Notes: a model not told the origin generated them from the letters alone. A stretch of DNA of 32,000 nucleotides from Candidatus Heimdallarchaeota archaeon (GCA_030149205.1 JASBSB010000007.1:210001-242000), one strand, 5' to 3'. Shown: positions 1-9,176, counted from the stretch's first letter. A program made the numbers and translations.

Positions 1-65
1 ACCTCTACTTTTTTGTTTACCAGTTTGTGTAATTCAGCTAAATAAGCTCTATTTGCTTGACTCAT
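1..65 (-). CDS. Partial (runs off window start) Lsm/Sm-like RNA-binding protein, SmAP3-like N-terminus
   Basis: ATG at 65 (minus strand) preceded by AGGT reads MSQANRAYLAELHKLVNKKVEV, which resembles the N-terminal helix and beta1 of archaeal Lsm proteins (e.g. RKFVAELNNLLGREVQV). Only 21 codons are visible. Confidence 0.4.
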   Translation of the reverse strand, partial: MSQANRAYLAELHKLVNKKVE

Positions 66-222
66 ATTTACCTGTTGATTATCCCTTTCTTATAAATTTC
101 TTTAGTTTGACTATATAATTGAAACCTTTTATCAACTTCCAATGAAAGTGTAATAGAAGTTCTCATTAAATTCTGACCAAACAAATAAGTATTAAACAAT
201 CAAAACCACTCTTGAAATAAGA

Positions 223-1584
223 ATGATAACTTCCTCTTCTTTTGGGAATTATTCCAAAAATATAATAAAAGAATTCAATTCCAAAAATATATCTATTGGA
301 GATTTTATCGAGGTAAAAAGAGTCAAAAATAAAATCTCTGGCATTTTGTTACCACAGTCAGAATTTGGTGATGTGAATACCATTATCTTAAAACAGAAGA
401 ATGGATATAATGTTGGAATAAAATTTGAGCCAAAAACAAAAATTGTGAAAGTCGGTGAGGGAATAAAACTTGAAAATTTTCCCGTAGCCTCTATCAAACA
501 AAAACCCAAATTACCTGAAATATCTCTGATAGCAACAGGAGGCACAATCGCATCCAGGATTGATTATTTAACTGGTGGTGTGTACATGGCAAGTAAACCA
601 GAAGAGGTTTTTGCCAGCTTACCAGAACTATTGGATGAGGTGAGCTTTAAAACAATCAATCCCCTATTTCAGCTGGCAAGTGAAGATATGGGATACATTC
701 AATGGCAAAAAATAGCTACAGAGATCAAGAAAGAGTTAGATGGGGGTTCAAGAGGAATAGTTATTATGCATGGGACGGATATGATGGGATATTCATCTGC
801 AGCATTATCTTTCATGTTAGAAAATTTAACGGCCCCTGTTGTTTTTACAGGAGGGCAAAGGTCATCTGACAGGGGATCTTTTGATGGAGCTCTTAATCTT
901 ATATCTTCAGCAAGGTTAGCTGCAAATTCTAATATTGCTGAGGTAATGGTGTGTATGCACGAAACATCAAATGACACAACATGTTTAGCATTACCTGGAA
1001 CCAAGGTCAAAAAGATGCATACATCAAGAAGGGATGCATTTAAGGTGATCAATGGATTTCCTTATGCTAGAACCTATAAAAGCGGAAAAATTGAGGAATT
1101 AGATGTTAAGGATGTCCATAGAAGAAGTGAAGGAAATGTGAAGTTGTTATCCGGGTATGAACCAAAAGTTGGTCTTTTGAAGATATACCCAAATTCAAAT
1201 CCTGAAATTATCGATTGGTATGTTGATCGAGGTTACAAAGGATTAATTATTGAAGGAACTGGGCTTGGACATGTTCCTGCATTTACACCTGATGGTGAAG
1301 AGCATCGATCTTGGTTACCAGCCATTGAGCGTTCTTTGGAGTCTGGATTATATGTTGGAATGACTTCTCAATGTGTGTATGGTAGAACCCATCCTTATGT
1401 CTATAGGGGATTAAGAAAACTCTCTAAGGTTGGAGTTGAGTACCTAGGAGACATGATCTCAGAAACTGCCTTAATTAAGCTGGGCTGGGCCATTGGGAAC
1501 TTTTCTTTTGATAATGTCTCTAACATAATGAACACAAATATAGCAGGTGAACTTTCTGATAGGACACTATTGGGAGGTAATTGA
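223..1584 (+). CDS. gatD: Glutamyl-tRNA(Gln) amidotransferase subunit D
   Basis: N-terminal GatD domain followed by an asparaginase-like domain: ATGGTIASRIDY, MHGTDMM (T->M variant of HGTDTM), GGQRSSDRGS, KKMHTSRRDAF. Directly upstream of gatE. Confidence 0.97.
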   Translation: MITSSSFGNYSKNIIKEFNSKNISIGDFIEVKRVKNKISGILLPQSEFGDVNTIILKQKNGYNVGIKFEPKTKIVKVGEGIKLENFPVASIKQKPKLPEISLIATGGTIASRIDYLTGGVYMASKPEEVFASLPELLDEVSFKTINPLFQLASEDMGYIQWQKIATEIKKELDGGSRGIVIMHGTDMMGYSSAALSFMLENLTAPVVFTGGQRSSDRGSFDGALNLISSARLAANSNIAEVMVCMHETSNDTTCLALPGTKVKKMHTSRRDAFKVINGFPYARTYKSGKIEELDVKDVHRRSEGNVKLLSGYEPKVGLLKIYPNSNPEIIDWYVDRGYKGLIIEGTGLGHVPAFTPDGEEHRSWLPAIERSLESGLYVGMTSQCVYGRTHPYVYRGLRKLSKVGVEYLGDMISETALIKLGWAIGNFSFDNVSNIMNTNIAGELSDRTLLGGN

Positions 1585-1585
1585 G

Positions 1586-3577
1586 ATGGTCAATATCAAA
1601 GCCCCAGAAAACCTTGATTATGAAAAAGAAGGATTAATGATAGGCTTGGAATTTCATCAGCAAATTTACGCTCCTTATCATTTAGATAGTCATTCAGAGT
1701 TAGAAATTACTGAGGGGTCAAAGCTATTTTGCCCCTGCCCAGCTGTTATCCAAGAAAAAGAACCAGATTTAGAAATCATTAGGCAGTTAAGGGCTGTTAG
1801 TGGTGAAACTGGTGAGGTAGATATTACAGCAAAATTTGAAAAATCTAAAAACCAAATGATACATTATGAGTATTATAAGGACACAAATTGTCTTGTTGAG
1901 TTAGATGAAGAACCAATTCACCCGGTTAATCCAAATGCATTGCTTCGAGTAATTGCAATTTCAAAGAATCTATTTAACTTACAAATTTTTGATGAATTGT
2001 TAGTGTGCAGAAAAACAATTATAGATGGGAGTAACACAAGTGGATTTCAAAGGACAATTCAGGTAGCCTATGGAAATGAGGATTCTTTTATAACAGTAAA
2101 TGGGAAAAAAATTAAGATATATCAAGTTAATTTGGAAGAAGATTCAGCAAAAAATATGGGAAAGTTTTCAGGTTATAAGAAATTCAGTTTGGATAGGTTA
2201 GGTATCCCATTAATTGAGATAGCCACAGATCCTGACATGAATTCACCAGAAGAAGTACTTTCGGTTGCATCTCGAATAGGAGAGCTTCTCCGAACAACAA
2301 AATTCGTTAAACGAGGCCTAGGTACAATTCGTCAAGACATTAATGTATCAATAACTAAGGGAACTCGAGTAGAGATAAAAGGTGTTCAGGAATTAGCTTT
2401 ACTTCCTGAATTTGTGAAGAATGAGGCAATTAGGCAATATAGGATGTTGGAATTCCTTTCTGAATTAGAGAATCGTAACTTTGATTTAAACAAATTTTTG
2501 AAAATTAAATCAGTAGATTTAACTAAAATTCTTTCTAAGTCGGATTCAAACCTTGTTAAAAAGGCTATAAAACAAAAACATAAAGTTATTGGATTAAAGC
2601 TCCCTAAGTTAAGTGGAATGTTAGGTTATGAATTACAAGAGGGATATCGTCTTGGAACTGAACTTTCAGAAGTTGTAAAAGTCTTAGGAGGTGGTGGTGG
2701 AATAATTCATAGTGATGAATTACCCAAATTTGGGATTAATGAAGAGGAAGTTGACCTTATTAGGGATGCACTTAAGGCAGATTCAAATGATGCATTTGCT
2801 ATTTCGTTTGGGAAAAAGACTGTTGTGGAAAGAGGTTTTACAAGTATCAAAGAAATATTTAAGCTCTGGATTGAATCCGAAACACTCCTCCCTGAAGTTA
2901 GAGCTCCGAGATCTGATGGTACCACTGGATTCCTTAGACCTTTACCTGGGCAAGCCAGAATGTATCCTGAAACCGATATACTCCCCATAGACATTGGTTC
3001 TGAAATATTTGATAAATTAAACAACATCGTTTTTGAGTTACCAGAAGATCGAATTGATCGATACCACAAAGATTTTTCTCTTTCTATGGAATTAGCTGAG
3101 AGAATGTCTTCAAGTCCAGAAAACGAGCTATTCGAAAAGTTGGTTAATGAAAATTCAGTCGAACCAGTTTTGGTTGCCTCAACCCTATTGAATACAATGG
3201 TAGAACTACGTAGAGAAGATTTAGATATTAGTAAAATAAACGAAACTGTGCTTGGTGAACTTTTCAAAGCTGTTTCAGACTCAACTTTAAATAAATCTAA
3301 AGTGCCTGAGGTTCTTCGAGCGTATTGTTTGAATCCAAAGAATCCAATTCAAAACTATATTATAGAATATTCTAAAGGAACGATCTCTGAAGAAGACCTT
3401 GTTGATTTTATTAATGACCTTGTCTTAAAAAACAAGAAATTAATTATAGATAAAGAAATGAGATCAGTTGGTGGATTAATGGGAGATATTATGAAATTCA
3501 CAAAGGGGAATGTTGATGGCAAAAAGGCAAATAAATTTCTAGTATCTGAAATAAAGAAAATTTTAAATCAAAGCTAA
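1586..3577 (+). CDS. gatE: Glutamyl-tRNA(Gln) amidotransferase subunit E
   Basis: Motifs GLEFHQQ, SKLFCPCP, RKTIIDGSNTSGFQRT, LDRLGIPLIEIAT, RGLGTIRQDINVSI, RPLPGQARMYPETD. Start moved from 1547 to ATG 1586, which follows GGAGGT (1573-1578) and the gatD stop. Confidence 0.97.
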   Translation: MVNIKAPENLDYEKEGLMIGLEFHQQIYAPYHLDSHSELEITEGSKLFCPCPAVIQEKEPDLEIIRQLRAVSGETGEVDITAKFEKSKNQMIHYEYYKDTNCLVELDEEPIHPVNPNALLRVIAISKNLFNLQIFDELLVCRKTIIDGSNTSGFQRTIQVAYGNEDSFITVNGKKIKIYQVNLEEDSAKNMGKFSGYKKFSLDRLGIPLIEIATDPDMNSPEEVLSVASRIGELLRTTKFVKRGLGTIRQDINVSITKGTRVEIKGVQELALLPEFVKNEAIRQYRMLEFLSELENRNFDLNKFLKIKSVDLTKILSKSDSNLVKKAIKQKHKVIGLKLPKLSGMLGYELQEGYRLGTELSEVVKVLGGGGGIIHSDELPKFGINEEEVDLIRDALKADSNDAFAISFGKKTVVERGFTSIKEIFKLWIESETLLPEVRAPRSDGTTGFLRPLPGQARMYPETDILPIDIGSEIFDKLNNIVFELPEDRIDRYHKDFSLSMELAERMSSSPENELFEKLVNENSVEPVLVASTLLNTMVELRREDLDISKINETVLGELFKAVSDSTLNKSKVPEVLRAYCLNPKNPIQNYIIEYSKGTISEEDLVDFINDLVLKNKKLIIDKEMRSVGGLMGDIMKFTKGNVDGKKANKFLVSEIKKILNQS

Positions 3578-3578
3578 C

Positions 3579-3917
3579 TTAAAGTTGAGAAAAAAGCTCA
3601 TTGTAAATTTGTTCAAATTCTTTTTTTGTTTCTTCAATTAATTTTTCACCTTTTACTGTGATTTCATAATATTTTCTGTTTGGGAATGGTGAATGAACTA
3701 ACGAGGAAACGAATCCTTCGTTGTTTAATTTGTAAAGAACTGAGTATGAAGTTACAGTGGCAGGGGCAAATCCAAATCTTTCCTTTATTTCTTTTCTTAA
3801 TTCATATGCATATTTTTTTTCTTCTTTGAGAATCACTAGAATCCATATATATAATATATCAACTCTTAGTTTTTTCTTTAATCTCTCTAAGGGTTTATAT
3901 TTTTCTTCACTGCTCAC
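3579..3917 (-). CDS. PadR-family transcriptional regulator
   Basis: ILVILKEEKKYAYELRKEI ... YSVLYKLNNEGFV ... RKYYEITVKG, a PadR winged-helix pattern. GTG start. Confidence 0.88.
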   Translation of the reverse strand: MSSEEKYKPLERLKKKLRVDILYIWILVILKEEKKYAYELRKEIKERFGFAPATVTSYSVLYKLNNEGFVSSLVHSPFPNRKYYEITVKGEKLIEETKKEFEQIYNELFSQL

Positions 3918-4025
3918 TGTGGTCTACCCCAATACTTCAATGTATCATATTTCCCTATTATTTTTAAGCTAATTGCAATCACAAATAAATTTGTTAAGTT
4001 TTAAAATCAATTAATGAAATAGGGC

Positions 4026-4061
4026 TTTAAATTTGCTTTAATGTCCATTCCGCTTACGGAA
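4026..4061 (+). promoter_or_regulatory. Putative TATA box (TTTAAAT, 4026-4032) and downstream inverted repeat TTCCG-N4-CGGAA (4048-4061) upstream of the urocanase gene
   Basis: Both motifs are seen directly in the divergent intergenic region between the PadR gene and hutU. Function is inferred only. Confidence 0.35.
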
Positions 4062-4092
4062 ATTGTAAAAACCTTATTTGTTAATACAAATT

Positions 4093-5973
4093 ATGAAAAC
4101 GAAATTCCAAGAAATACTTGAGGGGTCTCATGCTCTCCCCTTTGAAAAAAGGCTTAGAATGGATCTTAAACCTGAAATTATTCCTCCACTTCCTAGTGGT
4201 GAAGAAGCTTTGAAACCTTCTACTAAGGCCGGATGGGAAACAGAAGCAATTAAAAGAGCGATGATAAATAATCTCCACAATGGTAGCAATTGGGAGGAAC
4301 TTTATATCTATGGGGGATCAGGGAGAGTAGCCAGAGATTGGGAAGCCTTTTTCAGAACAATAGAATTAATTGAAAATCTGGAACCGAATGAAACTTTATT
4401 TTTACAATCTGGTGTTTCATATACAAAAACTCTTACCCACAGGCTTGCTCCAAGAGTAGTTATCACAAATTCTTTGGTAGTTCCAAAGTGGTATAACAAT
4501 TTTACTGAATTTGTTAATGCTGGACTGACTGTTTATGGACAAATGACAGCAGGTTCTTTTATTTTTATTGGTCTACAAGGTATAATTCAAGGAACTTATG
4601 AAACAATGGTTGCTGCAATAAAAAAGGCGGAAACAACCACTTCTAGGTCAGATTTAAACATATATGAAAAACAGGTTGTTGTTTCATCTGGACTTGGTTT
4701 AATGAGTGGAGCACAACCCTTAGCCATAAAAATGGCAGGAAAATCATCTATAATTGCGGAGGTAAATATTCACGCCCTAGAGAGGTTATATAAAGAGGGG
4801 CGAGAAAGGGGAACCCCCTACTTAGATGAAATTGCGAAATCCCCTGAAGATGCCTTAAAGATCATTAAAAGAACCGTTGACGAGGGAGGAACCATCTCGG
4901 TTGGGGTGCATTGTAATGCAACTGATCTTTTGAGCTACCTTGTTTCAATTAACTTCACACCAATTGTATTGACTGATCAAACCTCAGCTCATGATTTGAT
5001 TTATGGGTATTTTCCTGAATCTTTAACGTATGAAGAGGCCTTAATTATGCGAGAGTCTAAACCTGATGAATATAAAAAGCTCTCAGAAACAACTATAATA
5101 AAACATGTAAACTTAATGTTGACCCTTCAAATAAGGGGTTCAGAGACGTTTGATTACGGAAACAACATAAGAACACAAGCTTTCAATTTAGGTGTGGAAG
5201 ATGCATACAATTTTGAAGGTTTTGTAGTTCGCTATATCCGTGATTTGTTTTCTATAGGGAAAGGGCCATTTAGGTGGGTTGCATTAAGCAACGACCCGAC
5301 AGACATTCTAACTACAGACAAATATGCAAAAATGCTTTTTGATGAAGATGAGCAACTTGTAAATTGGTTAAACCTTGCACAAAAGTTTATCCCCTTTGAA
5401 AAAGGACTTCCTGCACGAGTCTTCTGGGCAGGTTTTTGGGGGAGGGCTGCATTTGGGATGCTAATAAACAAGCTTGTGCAGGAGAAAAAAATTAAAGCTC
5501 CAATAATTATAGGGAGAGATCATTTGGATGGTGGGTCGGTGGCATCACCTTTTAGAGAAACTGAGGGTATGAGGGATGGAAGTGATGCTATCAGTGATTT
5601 TCCAGTCTTAAACTTGCTTGGAAATGCACTGGGGGGAGCAACGTGGGTGAGTCTACATGGTGGTGGAGGGGTTGGTGTTGGTTATTCAATTCATGCTGGT
5701 CAGGTAATTATAGCTGATGGAACACAACTTAGTCAAGAAAGACTCTTTAGAGTTTTATTATGGGATCCATTATCTGCTGTAATTAGGCATAATGTTTCAG
5801 GTTATAAAAAATCTAAAGAACTTATAGATCAGTTTGGCTTGGTGTCTAAGGAAAATGGTAGAACAACAACTAATTTTCTCGAAATTTATAATAAAATGAT
5901 TGACTGGGTTTATGAAAAGGTAGGTGTGAAGCTTTTTGAACCGCTTCAAAGTATAGAGTTGAAATTATTCTAA
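4093..5973 (+). CDS. hutU: Urocanate hydratase (urocanase) family protein
   Basis: YGGSGRVARDW, GQMTAGSFIFIG, QGTYET, TDQTSAHD, FDYGNNIR, GPFRWVALS, GRDHLDGGSVASPFRETEGMRDGSDA, GGATWVS. ATG 4093 preferred over TTG 4078. Confidence 0.92.
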   Translation: MKTKFQEILEGSHALPFEKRLRMDLKPEIIPPLPSGEEALKPSTKAGWETEAIKRAMINNLHNGSNWEELYIYGGSGRVARDWEAFFRTIELIENLEPNETLFLQSGVSYTKTLTHRLAPRVVITNSLVVPKWYNNFTEFVNAGLTVYGQMTAGSFIFIGLQGIIQGTYETMVAAIKKAETTTSRSDLNIYEKQVVVSSGLGLMSGAQPLAIKMAGKSSIIAEVNIHALERLYKEGRERGTPYLDEIAKSPEDALKIIKRTVDEGGTISVGVHCNATDLLSYLVSINFTPIVLTDQTSAHDLIYGYFPESLTYEEALIMRESKPDEYKKLSETTIIKHVNLMLTLQIRGSETFDYGNNIRTQAFNLGVEDAYNFEGFVVRYIRDLFSIGKGPFRWVALSNDPTDILTTDKYAKMLFDEDEQLVNWLNLAQKFIPFEKGLPARVFWAGFWGRAAFGMLINKLVQEKKIKAPIIIGRDHLDGGSVASPFRETEGMRDGSDAISDFPVLNLLGNALGGATWVSLHGGGGVGVGYSIHAGQVIIADGTQLSQERLFRVLLWDPLSAVIRHNVSGYKKSKELIDQFGLVSKENGRTTTNFLEIYNKMIDWVYEKVGVKLFEPLQSIELKLF

Positions 5974-6774
5974 ATCTTTGTTGAAATCTGCTACCACTTC
6001 TGCAATTTTATAAGTTTCTGATATATTAATTTCAGATATATTCCCCACAATAATTATCTGAGGCACTAATTTCTTATCGCTAGTTTTAGCATACAATATT
6101 TCTTCAATGTCTTTCTTTGATTTTATACCTCCCCCATAAATTGCTCTGTCAACCACAGTTCCTGATTTTGAGCGTTTATTTACTGTGGTCAAATATCTTG
6201 AAATTATTTTAGAATTAAGTTTCTGCTGACCAGATCCAGCTTCCAAATAATATAATTTGAAGAAGTTATTCGAGACTGCCGCTTCAAACCGTTTTGAAAT
6301 CAAAACCTCATCATGATTTTTGTCTGCAAGGGTACGATCTGCAGCCTTACCTCCCATTGGATGATAAGCAACTGGAATTATCTTTGCCTTGTTTGTTTTC
6401 GAGACAACCCATGTAGCAACCTTTGCTTTCATTTTAAGGTATCCACTCTTTGAGTTTATTGGAATAGGGGCAAACACAAATTTTGGTCCTTTAATTAGAT
6501 GGTTTGTTGAACTTGGAAATAGTCCAATATATGATGTTGGTGTGGGCTTTGAGTTTGTTATATTATTTATTGGAGAAAAATGCTTTCTTTTTTGCATTGA
6601 TTCCTCGACTCTATTGTACATGTTGACGATATCTTGCTTTTTGAGGTATTTTTCAGAAGCACCGATTAATGAAAAGGTTGTGTTTTGAAAAACTGCGAAT
6701 ATTTCATAGAATTCATTTGAATAAAGGTCATACTTAGCAGGGTCAGAAAGAATCCCTAAATGAATGGGCATCAT
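5965..6774 (-). CDS. Geranylgeranylglyceryl phosphate synthase (GGGPS, group II-like), divergent
   Basis: HLGILSDPAK (LIDPD-like), GLFP, YYLEAGSG and YGGGIKS phosphate-binding motifs, IIVGN near the C-terminus. TIM-barrel size. Confidence 0.8.
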   Translation of the reverse strand: MMPIHLGILSDPAKYDLYSNEFYEIFAVFQNTTFSLIGASEKYLKKQDIVNMYNRVEESMQKRKHFSPINNITNSKPTPTSYIGLFPSSTNHLIKGPKFVFAPIPINSKSGYLKMKAKVATWVVSKTNKAKIIPVAYHPMGGKAADRTLADKNHDEVLISKRFEAAVSNNFFKLYYLEAGSGQQKLNSKIISRYLTTVNKRSKSGTVVDRAIYGGGIKSKKDIEEILYAKTSDKKLVPQIIIVGNISEINISETYKIAEVVADFNKDLE

Positions 6775-6904
6775 ATAACTTGAAGCAAAAAAGGTTAAAA
6801 AATTTTGTGTGCCTTAAAGTATTGAGACAAAGTTTAAACAAATCTAAGTAAAAGTATAATGAAAAGAGAACAAAGAATTTAAAGACAATTAATAAAGTAA
6901 AGAT

Positions 6905-7336
6905 ATGAATAAGGTTCCTTGGGTTTTTCCTGCACCCCAACCAAAGTTTGTCTTACCAAGGTTGAAATTTACGATCCCCACAACAGTTCCTACTAATCTT
7001 ATTTTCTTTTTAGTTTATGTTGGTGTTTTCTATGTTTTTATTGGTGGGGTATATGATTTAGTTAATAATCCAATCGCAATTGGAGTTGTGGGTAACACTC
7101 CACTTTTGATAAGTAATCAAGGGGTAGGCTCTCAATTTTTATTGGAAGGAATAGTTGGTGGATTAGTGATGTTTTTAGGTTCATTCGGGCTTTATCTAAT
7201 TCGACAAGCATCTTCTAACCCACATGACACAGAGAATGCCAATAGATTATTCATTTTGGGCGTTTTAACATTGCTATTATCAATTATTTTTATCTATTCA
7301 ATGTATATGGCAAAGACAAGTGGTCGATTATATTAA
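6905..7336 (+). CDS. OST3/OST6-family oligosaccharyltransferase subunit, OSTC/DC2-like (three TM helices, no thioredoxin domain)
   Basis: KVPW N-terminus, GGVYDLVNNPIAIG and SQFLLEGIVGG match the OSTC pattern GGIIYDVIVEPP ... QYIMEG. C-terminal hydrophobic helix ending in M-x-K. Confidence 0.8.
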   Translation: MNKVPWVFPAPQPKFVLPRLKFTIPTTVPTNLIFFLVYVGVFYVFIGGVYDLVNNPIAIGVVGNTPLLISNQGVGSQFLLEGIVGGLVMFLGSFGLYLIRQASSNPHDTENANRLFILGVLTLLLSIIFIYSMYMAKTSGRLY

Positions 7337-7342
7337 GAAGCA

Positions 7343-7801
7343 ATGAGAGAAAACGAAATTTTTCAACATTTGTGTGTTTTTTCTGCATCTTCATTTGAGA
7401 TTCAAAAATATATTGATGAAACTTTTATCAAAAACAATTATCAAAAGACTCTGTTTATAGATATAGATAGAAAACTAAGTTTAAAACAAAAAAGCCATGA
7501 TTTAACTATACGTCCAAATAATCGAGAAGAGCTACTAAAATTACTTATTATTCTTTCTGATAAGCTCATTATAAACATTAATAAAATTATAATCTCAAAC
7601 TTAGCATATTATTTTAGAGATTATGATCCTCTAGACCATCCTGTTATAGCAAACAGAAGGCAGATGGCCTATGTACTTTCGAAATTAAAATCGTTAAAAA
7701 TAGATGTGTTGATATTCCTTCGATCTACCGCTTTTGACCCTGAAAGACCCTTATTTTCTGAACTAATTGATTACTATGGGTTTCAGAAGATTTTATTATA
7801 G
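7343..7801 (+). CDS. Minimal, degenerate RadB/Rad51-paralog-like protein
   Basis: Colinear resemblance to RadB: KTLFIDIDRKLS, IRPNNREELL, KIIISNLAYYFR, IDVLIFLRSTAFD, RPLFSELIDY. No Walker A. Confidence 0.5.
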   Translation: MRENEIFQHLCVFSASSFEIQKYIDETFIKNNYQKTLFIDIDRKLSLKQKSHDLTIRPNNREELLKLLIILSDKLIININKIIISNLAYYFRDYDPLDHPVIANRRQMAYVLSKLKSLKIDVLIFLRSTAFDPERPLFSELIDYYGFQKILL

Positions 7802-7805
7802 GGTG

Positions 7806-8603
7806 TTACTCAGCTAAATTTAAAATTCCATTTTCTATAACCTGACCCAATCCTTTTCCGGTTGAATAATCTAAAAATGACACTTTCAATATTCCATTTT
7901 CAAAAACTTGTGATAATACGGTTTTAGGGTCTTCGTTTTTTATCTTTTTAGAGTTGTATGCCAAAATAAGGTTTATCCTTTCTCTTTTCTCTTTAGGGAG
8001 ATTCTTTAATATTAGGTCTAAATTTGCAATAGATTCAGTATCAATAACAAGGCTCGATAAATTTTTTTCCTTGAGAAAAATAGAATAACCATCTTCTGAA
8101 GTTTGTGTAACTCTAATTCTGTCATAGAAAATATCTATGGTTAATTTACAAATCTCTGCTCGTAAATTTTTATCGTCTCTGGTGTTTAATGATATAACAG
8201 ATAAATATGATTTGAAAAATTTTCGAAATGCAGGTGAATTTGATATTAATAGGATGTTTGTATACCTAAGAGGAAAATTTAGATTCACAGAAAAAGTTTT
8301 TTCAACAGCTGATGCAATAATTCTCTCAACTATTGAAGATATTAAATATACAACATTTGCTTTTCTGACACTTCCTAATTTGTCAATTTCAATCATTAAA
8401 ATATGATCACCGTGAGAGAGGCTCCTTTTTATTAGTCCTGAATCGGCCTTTTCGTTAATTTGAGGGACAGACGGCAGTCCTATTCTCATACCATTCTCTT
8501 CTTTCTTGTTTTGATATAAGTCATATGAAAATTCTATCCAGTAGGTTTTTCTACATTCTGGACAATATGCTTGAATTTCACTGATGAGTGTTATAAAAAT
8601 CAC
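7806..8603 (-). CDS. Hypothetical protein: N-terminal CxxC/HxxH putative Zn-binding domain plus a possible degenerate small-GTPase-fold domain
   Basis: YCPEC ... HGDHILMIEIDKLGSVR. Its GTG start directly abuts the TAG stop of the upstream GTPase. Confidence 0.6.
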   Translation of the reverse strand: MIFITLISEIQAYCPECRKTYWIEFSYDLYQNKKEENGMRIGLPSVPQINEKADSGLIKRSLSHGDHILMIEIDKLGSVRKANVVYLISSIVERIIASAVEKTFSVNLNFPLRYTNILLISNSPAFRKFFKSYLSVISLNTRDDKNLRAEICKLTIDIFYDRIRVTQTSEDGYSIFLKEKNLSSLVIDTESIANLDLILKNLPKEKRERINLILAYNSKKIKNEDPKTVLSQVFENGILKVSFLDYSTGKGLGQVIENGILNLAE

Positions 8604-9176
8604 CTAGCTTAATTGATTAATTTTTTCAATTAACCAATTTATTCCTTCAAAGACACCCGTTCCAAATTTTGCAGATCCTGGAATAATTAAAAAATCTCTT
8701 CCTCTTTGTCTTTTATTAATTTGATATTCCAACATAGCTTCTGTAACAGTATAAGGTTTAAGTGGAATTAAGTCTTGCTTATTTATTAACACTAAAACGG
8801 GTTTGTTATTATTTAGTATATTTAACATATACTCAAAACTTAATTTTGACTTTTCAAATGCTTTCAAGTTTTTATCCCTTTTTATTGTTCCATCTATAAC
8901 ATAAATAATCGCGTCAGCTTGAGTTACAGCCAACCCCCAGAGGGCATTCTTATATAAATCTTGCCCACCCACATCAATTGTAGAAAGCTTCCATTTTCCA
9001 ATACTTATGCCCTTATTTCTAATATCCATCCCTAGTGTCATATCAACCTCAGACACTGTTGTACCCGTTTCTAAATATCTAATTAACGTTGTCTTTCCAG
9101 CCCCTGAAGTGCCAAGTGTAACAATTTTTGCTAATTTGTTTTTATTCCTTCTGAATATAGTATCAATCAGGTTCAT
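8604..9176 (-). CDS. Arf-family small GTPase
   Basis: G1 GTSGAGKT, G2 Thr in MTLG, G3 DVGGQ, G4 NKQD, G5 SAK. Arf-like DVGGQ..LW and GVFEGINWL. Short N-terminal amphipathic segment without Gly2. Confidence 0.92.
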   Translation of the reverse strand: MNLIDTIFRRNKNKLAKIVTLGTSGAGKTTLIRYLETGTTVSEVDMTLGMDIRNKGISIGKWKLSTIDVGGQDLYKNALWGLAVTQADAIIYVIDGTIKRDKNLKAFEKSKLSFEYMLNILNNNKPVLVLINKQDLIPLKPYTVTEAMLEYQINKRQRGRDFLIIPGSAKFGTGVFEGINWLIEKINQLS

